From a virus (lineage: Duplodnaviria; Caudoviricetes), in IMG/VR virus record IMGVR_UViG_3300029288_000082, positions 32,001 through 96,000 of that record: a stretch of DNA of 64,000 bases. One strand, given 5' to 3'. Made by a program: the position numbers and the translations under genes. The notes below the pieces were generated by a model. The model did no database searches and was not told the DNA's origin. It saw nothing but the letters and a program-made list of their open reading frames with translations. Shown piece by piece: positions 1 through 9,355 of this stretch (position 1 is the first letter of the stretch; each line of letters begins with the position of its first letter).

Positions 1-231
1 ATCGAAGCCAACCCGCGCCCCGATCTGGATGCGGACGAACTCGTAGTTGCCCAGCGAGATCGTTCGCCCCAGGGCGAACATCGTCTCCACAAGGTCCCCA
101 CCCTGCTGCACCGCGATCGGGCCGAATGGGCGGTCCGCATCTCGGACAGGTCGATCTGGCGATCCCTTCACTTGGTAGGTCTCCGTGCACCGCTCTGTCC
201 CGACGGTGCTGCGTGAGGCGTCTTCCGACAT
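1..231 (-). CDS. Hypothetical phage protein, N-terminal part (runs off left edge)
   Basis: Read by hand: ATG at 231, MSEDASRSTVG...FALGRTISLGNYEFVRIQIGARVGFD open to base 1; GGGAGGG RBS; promoter at 306-335. Confidence 0.6.
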   Translation of the reverse strand, partial: MSEDASRSTVGTERCTETYQVKGSPDRPVRDADRPFGPIAVQQGGDLVETMFALGRTISLGNYEFVRIQIGARVGFD

Positions 232-247
232 GGCTCGTTTCCCTCCC

Positions 248-263
248 GCGAACACGTGTTCGC
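248..263. promoter_or_regulatory. 16-bp palindrome GCGAACACGTGTTCGC (copy 1 of 11)
   Basis: Perfect inverted repeat between a promoter and an RBS; recurs through the window. Confidence 0.8.
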
Positions 264-305
264 TTGTCGCATCAGCGGTCTATCACCGCCAACCTTGGAG
301 CCACG

Positions 306-335
306 ATACTACCATATTCAGATCGGTTTGTCAAC
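306..335 (-). promoter_or_regulatory. Sigma70-type promoter TTGACA-17-TAGTAT
   Basis: Minus strand GTTGACAAACCGATCTGAATATGGTAGTAT. Confidence 0.75.
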
Positions 336-873
336 AGCCTGCGATGCCCAGCCCCTCCCACCCTCGCCGCACTTCCTCGGTAAACTCGCGATCGCGCGCC
401 GAAACGCGAGGTCGGCGACCAAGCGCAAAGCGCAGGACCAAGACCATCGCCTCGGTGTAGAGGCGATCTCCACGGGGAGATCTGTACGGTGTTGGAGGGA
501 GAAGGCCAATGCGCGTCCAGTAGTTGAGCGTGTTCTTGCTGCGCCCCAGGTCTTGGGCCACACGGCCCACCGTGTACGCCACGGTCTGCTCTCCGTTCAC
601 GAGCACGCGCAGTGGCGTCCGAGGACCAGATGTCCTGGGGGGGGGCAGCAGACCCTGCTCCCGCAACCGTTCGCGCTCCTGGCGCTTGCGAGCGCGGTAG
701 TCGCGCGCGCGCCGGATGGCCTCATCACGGTAGGCAGGATCACCACGATAGCGCTCCTGGCGACGCTCCGAAAGAGCATCGCGGTGGCTCTCATAGTAGT
801 CTCGCTGATACTGGCTGCGGTCTCGCTCCTCCTTGCTCATGCGCTTCCGCTTCTTTTTCCTAGATGTGATCAT
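331..873 (-). CDS. MerR-type HTH DNA-binding protein
   Basis: YTVGRVAQDLGRSKNTLNYWTRIGLLP...GDRLYT is a MerR/Xis-like wHTH; start may be 840. Confidence 0.65.
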   Translation of the reverse strand: MITSRKKKRKRMSKEERDRSQYQRDYYESHRDALSERRQERYRGDPAYRDEAIRRARDYRARKRQERERLREQGLLPPPRTSGPRTPLRVLVNGEQTVAYTVGRVAQDLGRSKNTLNYWTRIGLLPPTPYRSPRGDRLYTEAMVLVLRFALGRRPRVSARDREFTEEVRRGWEGLGIAGC

Positions 874-935
874 GTCGCTTACAAACGCCTCCCACCACTA
901 CCAATATACGATCTGAATCGGTTTGTAAACATCGA

Positions 936-2474
936 TCAGCATCCCAGGGTCCCGTAGTAGCGATCTCGGCGCGCTGCCATGCCCCGCATGCGCGGGATGC
1001 GCTCGTCCACAACGTCCACAACCAGCGGCGTCGGCTTGCCCTGGCACCTCCCAGCGCGCCAGGGGCACCAGTGCTCGCACCGATCCGATGGCACGCACAC
1101 GCGCCGCAGTCTCCCAACCACTTGCTCCACGTCGCTGATCGGAGTAGCCATCACTAGTACATCTAATGCCGGAATATCGAGGCCCTCCATCACGAGCTGC
1201 TGCGTGGCAAAGATCACGTTTGCACGCTCTGCCTGCTCCAGGTCGGCCAGCGTCCGTGGCGCCAGCTTGGGGTCCCCTCGTCGGTGCGCGCGCGTGGTGG
1301 TCTCCCACCGCTCTCCCGTGAACCACTGCCCGGTGTAGAAGCCGGTGACCACAGGGAACGGAAGCGACACGTTTTTCATGATGCGCACGAGATCCTCCGC
1401 CATCTCCTGCAGGTGCTCCAGACGTGCGCTCACCACCAGGATCTTCCGCTCGGCCCGCACCGCCTGCACAAGGTCGTCCACGATGGACCGCGTACGATCG
1501 CGATCCTGGCACAGCTGGTTGACGATCTGGGCGCTGTTGAGCTTGTCCACCTTGACCTCGTAGCTGCCACGCTTGATGTCCGTCAGGGTAGTCCCAGTAT
1601 AGATGCGGCGCACCCGAGGTCGGACCGTCTGTGTGCGCGCCGCGTACGTCACAGGCGCGATGTGGTAGAAGAAGACATCATCCGCGCCGTCCTTGCGCCT
1701 TGGCGTCGCCGTCAACCCGATCCGGTAGGCCGCGGCAAACTTTGGGATGATGCTGCACCACGATGCAGCGCCGATGCGATGCGTTTCGTCACTGGCTACT
1801 AGACCGAACGTATCAGGTCCGTACAGATCCTGCGGGTAGCGGCCGCCCGTGTCCCGCGCCAGCGACTGGAGCAGCGCGATCACAAAGTCTGGCGCGCGCC
1901 CATCCCGGGTCACCTGATGCTCGCAGCGGTCCTGCTGGATGATGCCGACCACCGCATCGGGCAGGAACTTCCCGATCCGGTCCACCCACTGGTGCAGCAG
2001 GAACTCCTGGTGCACTAGGATGAGCGCGCGCCGACCTATGATCCGCGCAACCTCGATGGCGGTGGCCGTCTTCCCGAACGCCGGCTGGGCTTGCAGCAGC
2101 GCGCCTCCCCAGGGCTGCTGGCCATCCTCCCCGCAGAGCGCCCGCAGGAGCACCTCCACGGCCTGCGCCTGCTCCGCGTAGGGCCCCTCGAACCGCGCGG
2201 TGGTCTCCAGGGGCCGCATCGGCGCCCCGTAGCCCACCCGGAGCACCTCCTCATGAGCCCCCGTGCGCATCGTGCGGTAGAAGCCCCGGGGCACGCCCAG
2301 CAGGTTGCGCGCCTCGTCCAGCGCGTAGAGCGCGATGGGGGCCGGCGGCTCGGCCCCGGGGATATCCGTCACAAGGCGCGGTTGGATCGTCAGGCGGTCC
2401 ACGAGGTTGGCCACCTGCCGAGGTAGGAGCGCCGCCCGGTCCAGCCAGGCGTATCCGCCGATCTCGACCTGCAT
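936..2474 (-). CDS. Superfamily 2 DExH helicase (ResIII/UvsW-like)
   Basis: Motifs [30 protein letters not shown]. Confidence 0.9.
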   Translation of the reverse strand: MQVEIGGYAWLDRAALLPRQVANLVDRLTIQPRLVTDIPGAEPPAPIALYALDEARNLLGVPRGFYRTMRTGAHEEVLRVGYGAPMRPLETTARFEGPYAEQAQAVEVLLRALCGEDGQQPWGGALLQAQPAFGKTATAIEVARIIGRRALILVHQEFLLHQWVDRIGKFLPDAVVGIIQQDRCEHQVTRDGRAPDFVIALLQSLARDTGGRYPQDLYGPDTFGLVASDETHRIGAASWCSIIPKFAAAYRIGLTATPRRKDGADDVFFYHIAPVTYAARTQTVRPRVRRIYTGTTLTDIKRGSYEVKVDKLNSAQIVNQLCQDRDRTRSIVDDLVQAVRAERKILVVSARLEHLQEMAEDLVRIMKNVSLPFPVVTGFYTGQWFTGERWETTTRAHRRGDPKLAPRTLADLEQAERANVIFATQQLVMEGLDIPALDVLVMATPISDVEQVVGRLRRVCVPSDRCEHWCPWRAGRCQGKPTPLVVDVVDERIPRMRGMAARRDRYYGTLGC

Positions 2475-2477
2475 CCG

Positions 2478-3479
2478 CTACCAGGTGCCGGGGCCGCCGC
2501 GGAAGTCCTTGTCGTCCGGCGGAGCACCGTCATCGCTGTACCCAGCACCCTCCACGCGCCCACCAGCAGGACGACCGACATCGGGCGCGCCACTGCCGCT
2601 CACCTGGCGGCCACTGCGCCCGGAATCCTGCGCCATAGCACCGACGTCGACCCAGCGCGCCATCTCGTCGGCATCGAACAAGCAGGTCTTCTCCAGGTCC
2701 CGGATCGTGTAGCGCTGGAACAGGTCCTCACGCTCCACGTACTTCGGGTCAGCTCCAAGCCGCAGGAGATATTCCCGCATCTCTGGGATCGTGCCGCTGC
2801 CAGCGCGCTCCACAAACTCCCAGGTGTTTCCGATCGCTGGCTCCTTGCCACCACCACGTAGGGTGTCGTAAACGCATCCTGTGAGGTCGCCACGACGGCT
2901 GCGCTGATCCTCGAAGTATGCCAGTTTTCCGGGGTTGTCCTTGCCACCGCGCTTGGCCACCATGAGGCGCTTCTGGAACTGAGACTCGCGCTGCTCACCC
3001 TTCCGGTCCACCCATGGCTCCGGGTAGAGCATTGGAGTGCCATCCTGGTACACCACGTATCCAAGTTCGATGACCGTGAAGTATGCGGCGTAGCTGGCCC
3101 CGAACTTCGCCTGGCACGGCGGGCAGATATCCGCGATGCGGTTCTCCCGCAGGCAGATAGCCTGGAACACACCGCGCGGCACGCGCGGCATGCCGTACGT
3201 GTCGTGCTCCCACAGGTAGAACGGCACACCGATGATCAGGACGCGCTTGCGCGCCGCCTCGCCAACCTTGATGGGGTTCTTTTTCGGCGGGGGCACCTTG
3301 AAGCGGTAGATGGCGTCTCGATTAGATCCTCCTCCGCCGCCACCATCCTCGCCATCGCGGTACTTCCCGTAGTCCGCAGGTGGATCCCATCCATCGTGAC
3401 CATAGCTGCTCTTCGTGTGATCTCCAACTCCTGGCATGGCTTCCTCCTGTGCTCTCCGAGCACGGTTAAGACCTCTCAC
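2478..3479 (-). CDS. Probable single-stranded DNA-binding protein (gp32-like)
   Basis: Between two helicases; EH...C...CPPC putative Zn site; Gly/acidic C-terminal tail. Confidence 0.5.
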   Translation of the reverse strand: MRGLNRARRAQEEAMPGVGDHTKSSYGHDGWDPPADYGKYRDGEDGGGGGGSNRDAIYRFKVPPPKKNPIKVGEAARKRVLIIGVPFYLWEHDTYGMPRVPRGVFQAICLRENRIADICPPCQAKFGASYAAYFTVIELGYVVYQDGTPMLYPEPWVDRKGEQRESQFQKRLMVAKRGGKDNPGKLAYFEDQRSRRGDLTGCVYDTLRGGGKEPAIGNTWEFVERAGSGTIPEMREYLLRLGADPKYVEREDLFQRYTIRDLEKTCLFDADEMARWVDVGAMAQDSGRSGRQVSGSGAPDVGRPAGGRVEGAGYSDDGAPPDDKDFRGGPGTW

Positions 3480-3518
3480 CGAGGTCGCATACCAACGGTT
3501 GACTCACGTCAACCAATC

Positions 3519-4859
3519 TCAGAACGGAACTCCTTCGTCGTTGAATCCTCCATCAGGATCCTCCGGGATCTCATCGAACAACATCTGATCGAAATCCCAG
3601 TGCACCCTCACTCCATTGCCCACGCCCTGGCCACGCCGTAGCTTGAGCGGCTTGATGCGCAGCCAGCGGTCATCCCGCATGTCCTTGTCCTGCTCCAACG
3701 CGAACACCGCGTGCGAGTCCTGTCCGATCTCGTCGGCAAGCGCGATCGTCCCCAGCCGCACGCCCCCCCCCTTCTTCTCGGACAGCTCCGCCGCGCGGTT
3801 GAGCTGCACGAACCCGATGCCGGCCATGTCGAACCGCTTCACCGCTCCCTTGAACCACTCCAGGGCCACCAGCAGCTTGTCCCGGCGCTCGCCCTTGATG
3901 CGCAAGTCGTACAGAGAGTCGATGGCAATCAGCGTCGGCTGGCAGGCTCGGATCGCGGCCTCGATCCCCCGCGGGGTAAGATCGTCGTCGGAGTCCATGA
4001 TCCATAGCCCCTCCTGCACCCTGCACGCGTCCACCGCCTGCTGGAGGCGCGGCATCTCGTACTCGCCGATCGTCCCGCGCACGAGGTGCATATAGCTGAC
4101 AGGAGAGTGCACCGCGAAAAACCGCTCCGCGATCTCTTCCTTGCCCATCTCGGGCGACACGATCAGGACGCGATATCCCTCCATCCACGCATGCCGCGCA
4201 GCCAGCACGGCAAGTAGCGTCTTGCCAACTCCGGGGCGGGCCACGAACATGGTCATGGTCTTCGGCCACAACCCAGACGTCATGGCGCTCAGCGTAGGCC
4301 ACGGCAGCGGCACCCCCCGGTAGCCGTGCGCCACCCGGTCGTAGGTCTCCAGCACGCGATCGCCCATCGCCAGCAAGCTCGCGGGCATGCGCGTGCGCGT
4401 CAACTCCAGGACGGCGTCCTGGAGCCCCGTGAAGGTCCCAGACAGCAGCTCCGCGTGGGTGTCCGCAAACCCCTCCGCCACCAGCTTCTGGGCCGCGTAG
4501 ATGATTCTCCGCACGGCCGCCTTCTCGCGCACGATCGCGGCGTAGTGCTCCACGTTGGATGGCGCAGCGACACCATCGGTGTATCCATCCAGAGCAACCG
4601 CACCACCAATGTGATCAAGGCTCCCCAAGGTTTCCAGCTCTGTGCCAAGGGTCACGTGGTCGATGCCCATCCCGCGCGCGTGCAGTGTGCAGATGGCCTG
4701 AAACACGATCCTGTTCGTCTCGGAGTAGAAATCCCCAGCACTGAGGATGGCCATCACCGATGGCAGCAACGCTCCGTTCAGCAGGATGGATCCGATCACG
4801 GCGCGCTCCGCAGCAGCGTCAAAAGGCGGAACCCTCTCCGCAGATCCTGCCATGGGCAC
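3519..4859 (-). CDS. dnaB: Replicative DNA helicase DnaB
   Basis: PPFDAAAERAVIGSILL N-domain, ARPGVGKT, SPEM, QLNR, IGQDSH. Confidence 0.93.
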   Translation of the reverse strand: MPMAGSAERVPPFDAAAERAVIGSILLNGALLPSVMAILSAGDFYSETNRIVFQAICTLHARGMGIDHVTLGTELETLGSLDHIGGAVALDGYTDGVAAPSNVEHYAAIVREKAAVRRIIYAAQKLVAEGFADTHAELLSGTFTGLQDAVLELTRTRMPASLLAMGDRVLETYDRVAHGYRGVPLPWPTLSAMTSGLWPKTMTMFVARPGVGKTLLAVLAARHAWMEGYRVLIVSPEMGKEEIAERFFAVHSPVSYMHLVRGTIGEYEMPRLQQAVDACRVQEGLWIMDSDDDLTPRGIEAAIRACQPTLIAIDSLYDLRIKGERRDKLLVALEWFKGAVKRFDMAGIGFVQLNRAAELSEKKGGGVRLGTIALADEIGQDSHAVFALEQDKDMRDDRWLRIKPLKLRRGQGVGNGVRVHWDFDQMLFDEIPEDPDGGFNDEGVPF

Positions 4860-4873
4860 CCCTCACCTTCCTG

Positions 4874-5518
4874 CTATTCGCGCAGGGTAGCTTGCAATTC
4901 GCGCGCGACCGCATCCCGGCGATCGATCCCACACACGTGCACCGGCATCGCGTGCTCCTTGAGCGATGCCATCGACGAGACCTTCAGCTCCTCAGCCATC
5001 TGATCGGGGCTCATGTTGGTCGTGATGATCGTCACGAGCCTGTTCGCGTTCCGATGCCGGATCAGCTCGTCGATGATCCGCGCGCCAAACCCGGTCGAGT
5101 CCTGCGTCCCCTTGCCGAGATCGTCAAGCACGAGCACGTCCACGTTGAGGGCGCGATCCCAGAAGGTCTGGTCCTCGTCGAACATCTCGCGCTCGACGAT
5201 CAGCCGCTTCAGGTCCGCGGCCTCGGCGTAGAGCACCGGGTTCCCGCGGCGCCGAAACTCCATCGCGATAAACACGGCGATGCTGGTCTTGCCCGTGCCG
5301 TTCGTCCCCCAGAGCACGAGGCCCACGCCACGCCGGCGCATCTCCGGCAACTGCCCCATGTAGCTGCGCACGGCAGCGCGCGCGCTGATGCCACCAGCCC
5401 GGCCCGCCTCGTCAGAAATCTCATCGCCACGGACAGACCAATACCTACGCGGGACCCGCATGCGCCGCAGGTCCTCCTCGGTCAACTTACGCCAGTAGGT
5501 GACAGTAGCCCCTTCCAT
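4874..5518 (-). CDS. DnaC/IstB-like AAA+ helicase loader
   Basis: GTNGTGKT, LVLDDLG, TIITTN; start MEGATV at 5518; adjacent to dnaB. Confidence 0.85.
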   Translation of the reverse strand: MEGATVTYWRKLTEEDLRRMRVPRRYWSVRGDEISDEAGRAGGISARAAVRSYMGQLPEMRRRGVGLVLWGTNGTGKTSIAVFIAMEFRRRGNPVLYAEAADLKRLIVEREMFDEDQTFWDRALNVDVLVLDDLGKGTQDSTGFGARIIDELIRHRNANRLVTIITTNMSPDQMAEELKVSSMASLKEHAMPVHVCGIDRRDAVARELQATLRE

Positions 5519-5522
5519 ACAA

Positions 5523-6104
5523 CTACTCCCAGCCCACGTCCATCGGCTTAGACGGGGGCCGATACTCGTCCGTGTCCTTCCCGCGCCGGGCGCGCTTGCG
5601 CGGTGGCTTGGGAACGTCAGCCATCCCCTGCACCTCCGCGAAGACGTCCGTGCGGATCTTCCACAGCAACCCGATCCCTGGGATCCCTCCCAGGCGGCCG
5701 CCAGAGGCTGCCACGCGCTGCGGCCACGTCGCGCAGTAGTGCACGATGGCCTTCTCCACCAGCGTCGGCCCATAGGCGTTCAGCAACTTCCGCACCAGCC
5801 TCTTTTGCCAAACCGTCCACCACTCCTCCTCGGGCGGGAGGACCAGCTCATCGCCGTATAGCAGGCGCAGTTCACGGCGGAACCAGTCCCGCACCTTCCC
5901 TATTGTCACAGGAGGCGCTTGGTTTGTCAACTGTTTTACAAACGAGGGAGTCTCAGCACGGTCCGGTTGCTCTTCGGAAACAGGTTGCCGCGGAGGCCGC
6001 TTGCTCCGCTTTTTTGCGACTTCATCCCGCGATCGTTCGGTGCGCGCCTTGGCCGACTGAACTCGCGCGCGAAGGGCCAACAAGCTCTCCCTACCGGACG
6101 TCAT
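5523..6104 (-). CDS. Replication-initiator-like protein (C-terminal domain shared with 25660..26739)
   Basis: Directly upstream of the loader; ends DEYRPPSKPMDVGWE. Confidence 0.5.
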   Translation of the reverse strand: MTSGRESLLALRARVQSAKARTERSRDEVAKKRSKRPPRQPVSEEQPDRAETPSFVKQLTNQAPPVTIGKVRDWFRRELRLLYGDELVLPPEEEWWTVWQKRLVRKLLNAYGPTLVEKAIVHYCATWPQRVAASGGRLGGIPGIGLLWKIRTDVFAEVQGMADVPKPPRKRARRGKDTDEYRPPSKPMDVGWE

Positions 6105-6345
6105 CGCGGCTCTCCACAACCGTGACCTGCCCCAGCGGGTAACGTCGAACTCGCGCGCCCACGCGCACGACGACAAACCCCCAGGCGGTCTTGAAGTCGA
6201 TCCCGTGGGTCATGCGGCACTGGTCTGAGAACTCCCGCGCCTCGACATCGCCCATCTCCAGGATCCGATCGCGCCATCGCGTGACCTCCTCCACGTACCC
6301 CTCGCCATCGGGGGTGCGCACCCTATCCCCGACGCACAACAGCAA
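6091..6345 (-). CDS. Hypothetical protein
   Basis: 84-aa ORF overlapping both neighbours in the same orientation. Confidence 0.5.
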   Translation of the reverse strand: MLLCVGDRVRTPDGEGYVEEVTRWRDRILEMGDVEAREFSDQCRMTHGIDFKTAWGFVVVRVGARVRRYPLGQVTVVESRDDVR

Positions 6346-6739
6346 GGTCGATCACCTGCCCCCCTCCCTCGCCGTACACCCGGCGCCACAGCTCAGCCGC
6401 GTACCGCCACGCGAACTCGCCCCCGAGCCCCCAGTTGAGCAACATCGCCATGTGCTCCTGGTGATCGCCGATCGCGTAGCAACGCTGCCACGTCTTGCGG
6501 ACGTACGAAACATTCCAGTGGCCCGTCATGAACGGGCTGACGACCGCGCCGACGAACGTGTGATCCTCCATCGAGGAGAAGGACGCCAGCACGTCGCCGC
6601 CCAGGTGCTCAGCCACAGTGCCGAGACGCGTTGCCTGGAGCACGTAGCGCGCGCCGTTCCCCGGCTCCCAGACCAGGACGCCCACAGGGGGGCCAGCCAC
6701 GTACAACGTCGTCCTGCCCTCTGGTGGCCGATCAAGCAT
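6323..6739 (-). CDS. Hypothetical protein, paralog of 13317..13721
   Basis: WEPGNGARYVLQAT motif; promoter 6748-6775 directly upstream. Confidence 0.6.
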   Translation of the reverse strand: MLDRPPEGRTTLYVAGPPVGVLVWEPGNGARYVLQATRLGTVAEHLGGDVLASFSSMEDHTFVGAVVSPFMTGHWNVSYVRKTWQRCYAIGDHQEHMAMLLNWGLGGEFAWRYAAELWRRVYGEGGGQVIDLAVVRRG

Positions 6740-6747
6740 CGGCGCTT

Positions 6748-6776
6748 ATTTTACCAGAAAGTAGCCGTTTGTCAAG
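6748..6776 (-). promoter_or_regulatory. Sigma70-type promoter TTGACA-16-TAAAAT
   Basis: CTTGACAAACGGCTACTTTCTGGTAAAAT; ATG follows 8 nt later. Confidence 0.7.
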
Positions 6777-7128
6777 ACACAGATTCGACGGGGTGCGCAA
6801 TAGCCCTGCGCTTTTCACGCTCGCGGCGACGGTTCATCATCTCGGTGACATACGTGAAGTGGAAGTCAACGTGGTATTTGCCAGCAACCGCAGACAGCAG
6901 CGAGCGGATCGAGCCCACGACGTGTCCGTTGCGGCCGATCACCAGCGGGATATCCGCGGGGTGCGTGAACAGCTCCGCAATCACGCTCGTCTCTCCGGAT
7001 CGAATCACCACGCGCACCTCATCCGGTTTGTTTACGAATGTCCGCACGACCAGCAGGATCTCCCGCATGGCCACCTCAACCTCTGGCTCCCTTGGGTTCT
7101 CGTCCACCTCGGCCTCCTCAGAATCCAA
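6772..7128 (-). CDS. khpA: KH-domain RNA-binding protein (KhpA/UPF0109-like)
   Basis: VRTFVNKPDEVRV...HPADIPLVIGRNGHVVGSIRSLL with GxxG loop. Confidence 0.8.
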   Translation of the reverse strand: MDSEEAEVDENPREPEVEVAMREILLVVRTFVNKPDEVRVVIRSGETSVIAELFTHPADIPLVIGRNGHVVGSIRSLLSAVAGKYHVDFHFTYVTEMMNRRREREKRRAIAHPVESVS

Positions 7129-7423
7129 GATCGTTCAACGCCGCCTGCTCCGCCGCGTCCCGCGCAGCCATTCGCCGATCCGCCTCCGCCCTCGTGATGC
7201 CCATGCGCCGCAGCGCGTTGCTCCGGGTCGCCCGCTCCCGGGAGGCGCGCAGCTCGCCCAGCTGGGCGCTATAGCGGCGACACAGCGCGTGCAGCCACCG
7301 GTAATCGGAGGTCGCCAGAGTGCCTGCGCTCTGGAACTGGGATCGCACCGCATCGACGCGCGCCCGATCAGCCGGCCGCAACTTCACGCTCCGCAAGTCC
7401 CGCAGCATCTCGTCGATGGCCAC
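7118..7423 (-). CDS. Hypothetical protein
   Basis: 101-aa ORF with GAGG RBS and upstream promoter. Confidence 0.55.
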   Translation of the reverse strand: MAIDEMLRDLRSVKLRPADRARVDAVRSQFQSAGTLATSDYRWLHALCRRYSAQLGELRASRERATRSNALRRMGITRAEADRRMAARDAAEQAALNDLGF

Positions 7424-7500
7424 CGCAACACCTCACCGTTCAACCGCTGTTCTAGCATCGTTCGAGAGGTGTTGTCAAACGGAGTTGCTAGGTAAAAGGA

Positions 7501-7516
7501 GCGAACACGTGTGCGC
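7501..7516. promoter_or_regulatory. 16-bp palindrome variant GCGAACACGTGTGCGC
   Basis: After the DUF932 stop, just upstream of a TTGACA box. Confidence 0.75.
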
Positions 7517-7534
7517 GAGGAAGGGGAGGGGAGC

Positions 7535-8653
7535 CTAGGCGGCCGCGCGGTCGAGCACCGAGCCGGCGAGGATCTGCAGCTCCAGGGCGCGGTCCGCGCT
7601 GACCTCCTGGTCCTGCGCGAAGAGGCTGATCGCGTTGGAGGCGCGCCAGAGGGTGTTGCCGGGGGGCAGCATCTCGACGTCCGGGGTGTTGAAGACGCCC
7701 ACCAGCGCCTTCTCCTCCGACTTGGACACGCTGCCAACCTTGCGCAGCTGCTGGAAGAGGGCGGCGACGTCGATCTCGGTCTCCGACGCGCGCCGCAGGA
7801 GGGCCATCTCCTCGTTGATCCGCTCGGGCCGCATCAGCGCGCCGATGACGTCGCCCATGGCCGAGATGCTGGCCTGCGTGTCCAGTCGGCGGGTCTCATC
7901 CGAGAAAGCGAAGTCCTCGTCGAGACGCCGACCGAGGTGCACCTGCCGGAAGGCGTCCTGCCGCATGGCCCCGTTGAGGCACCAGACGCGCAGGACGAAG
8001 AGGCGCAGGTCGAGGGCGCCAGCACCGAAGTCACTGTTCTTGAGGGTGGCGCCCACCACGCAGAGGCCGCGGGGATCGGTCGGAACCGGGTCGAAGATCG
8101 TGGGGAGCGTCATGGTCAGCGTGACCTTCGTGTCGTACACGTGCCCGTCGGTGGGCACCGCGCCGAAGCCCTGCATCGCCCGGACGAAGTGCTCGAAGAT
8201 GGGGCCGCTGTCCAGGCAGCGGTAGCGGTCCGAGAGGATGCCGCGCACCTGGTCACCCACCGCGCGGAAGAGCAGGCGCTCGCGGTCGATGTTCGTGTAG
8301 ATGCGGTTGAGGGCATCCGCCAGCAGATCGGTCGACCAGGGCTGCTCCTGATCGAGCAGACGCCGCGCCGTGGTCTGCCCCATGATGTTGGTCTTGCTCA
8401 CCCCCTGGTCCAGGGCGTGAGGGTGCACCGCCAGCACCCGGGTGTCGCCGTTGCGGCCGAGGGCCACCTCCAGCTTGTTGTGGGCGTTCGCCCGAAACCG
8501 GAAGGCGTCGGTCGGCACCAGGAAGTCCTGCGGCCGCTCCGCCTCGATCCGCGTGAGGGTGTTCACCGCCTCCTCGCGGCCCCGGTTGATGAGCGCCTCG
8601 TACTTGGCCCGGACCTGGGCCACCTTCTCCTCGGGAGCCTGAAACTCGTACAT
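7535..8653 (-). CDS. DUF932-family protein
   Basis: VRGILSDRYRCLD, LKNSDFGAGAL, LRVWCLNGA, RQVHLG; AGGAGG RBS before ATG 8653. Confidence 0.75.
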   Translation of the reverse strand: MYEFQAPEEKVAQVRAKYEALINRGREEAVNTLTRIEAERPQDFLVPTDAFRFRANAHNKLEVALGRNGDTRVLAVHPHALDQGVSKTNIMGQTTARRLLDQEQPWSTDLLADALNRIYTNIDRERLLFRAVGDQVRGILSDRYRCLDSGPIFEHFVRAMQGFGAVPTDGHVYDTKVTLTMTLPTIFDPVPTDPRGLCVVGATLKNSDFGAGALDLRLFVLRVWCLNGAMRQDAFRQVHLGRRLDEDFAFSDETRRLDTQASISAMGDVIGALMRPERINEEMALLRRASETEIDVAALFQQLRKVGSVSKSEEKALVGVFNTPDVEMLPPGNTLWRASNAISLFAQDQEVSADRALELQILAGSVLDRAAA

Positions 8654-8717
8654 GGGATCCTCCTTTCGCCAGCAAACCGCCCAGGGTAATCCTGACCCAG
8701 CGCCAGCGTACAGGGAT

Positions 8718-8747
8718 AGATTAACACCTTCGACTGCGTTTGTCAAC
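8718..8747 (-). promoter_or_regulatory. Sigma70-type promoter TTGACA-17-TAATCT
   Basis: GTTGACAAACGCAGTCGAAGGTGTTAATCT. Confidence 0.75.
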
Positions 8748-8749
8748 TG

Positions 8750-9349
8750 CTAATCGACAGCGGTTGGCGATAAAAGTGCAGCGCACAGCAGGGCACACTG
8801 GGAAGATGAATCCTCCAGGGAAATCGGATAGATGCGGTCTATCACACGGAGGTTCAACACGGGGTGCTGCCCCGATGCGTCGAGAACACCGATCGATCCG
8901 ACTAGTCCATCCAGCGGCGGGAAGCTCCGATCGATGCGGTATCGCACCCCATCGATCGCCCAATCCAGATCTGCAGGATCAGCAAACCAATCCGCGACAT
9001 CCTCGGGGGTATCCCCGTAGCCGTAGGCCAGCAGCCCAGCCGCATGCCGCTGGATGCCGTACGCGCAGGCATCGTAGTTGCGCACGCCACACCAGGCCAC
9101 CAGAGTATCCCCCAGCGGGATGCTGCCAGCGAGCGCCCACGTGGGCGCCCACCGATGCCGGTGGAGGGGTCCCTCCGCGACCACGGCCCCGTTGACGTCC
9201 AAGGTGCGAATCATGCCGCCGGGGGCCTGCTCGGTGCGCTGCTGCCACTCCAACCGGACAGCCTCCGACGTGCGGACCGCACGCACCCAGAGACCATCCG
9301 CGCTCCGCGCGTAGTAGATCTCCGGCTGGATGTGCCGCCGATCGTACAC
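8750..9349 (-). CDS. Hypothetical protein
   Basis: 199-aa ORF fills the gap in the operon. Confidence 0.55.
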   Translation of the reverse strand: MYDRRHIQPEIYYARSADGLWVRAVRTSEAVRLEWQQRTEQAPGGMIRTLDVNGAVVAEGPLHRHRWAPTWALAGSIPLGDTLVAWCGVRNYDACAYGIQRHAAGLLAYGYGDTPEDVADWFADPADLDWAIDGVRYRIDRSFPPLDGLVGSIGVLDASGQHPVLNLRVIDRIYPISLEDSSSQCALLCAALLSPTAVD

Positions 9350-9355
9350 GGAAGT

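Noticed and set aside
248-263. Palindrome as intrinsic terminator or as Gram-positive LexA box
   Set aside because: Mostly no U-tract, mixed half-sites break pairing, and GCAC variants violate the GAAC requirement
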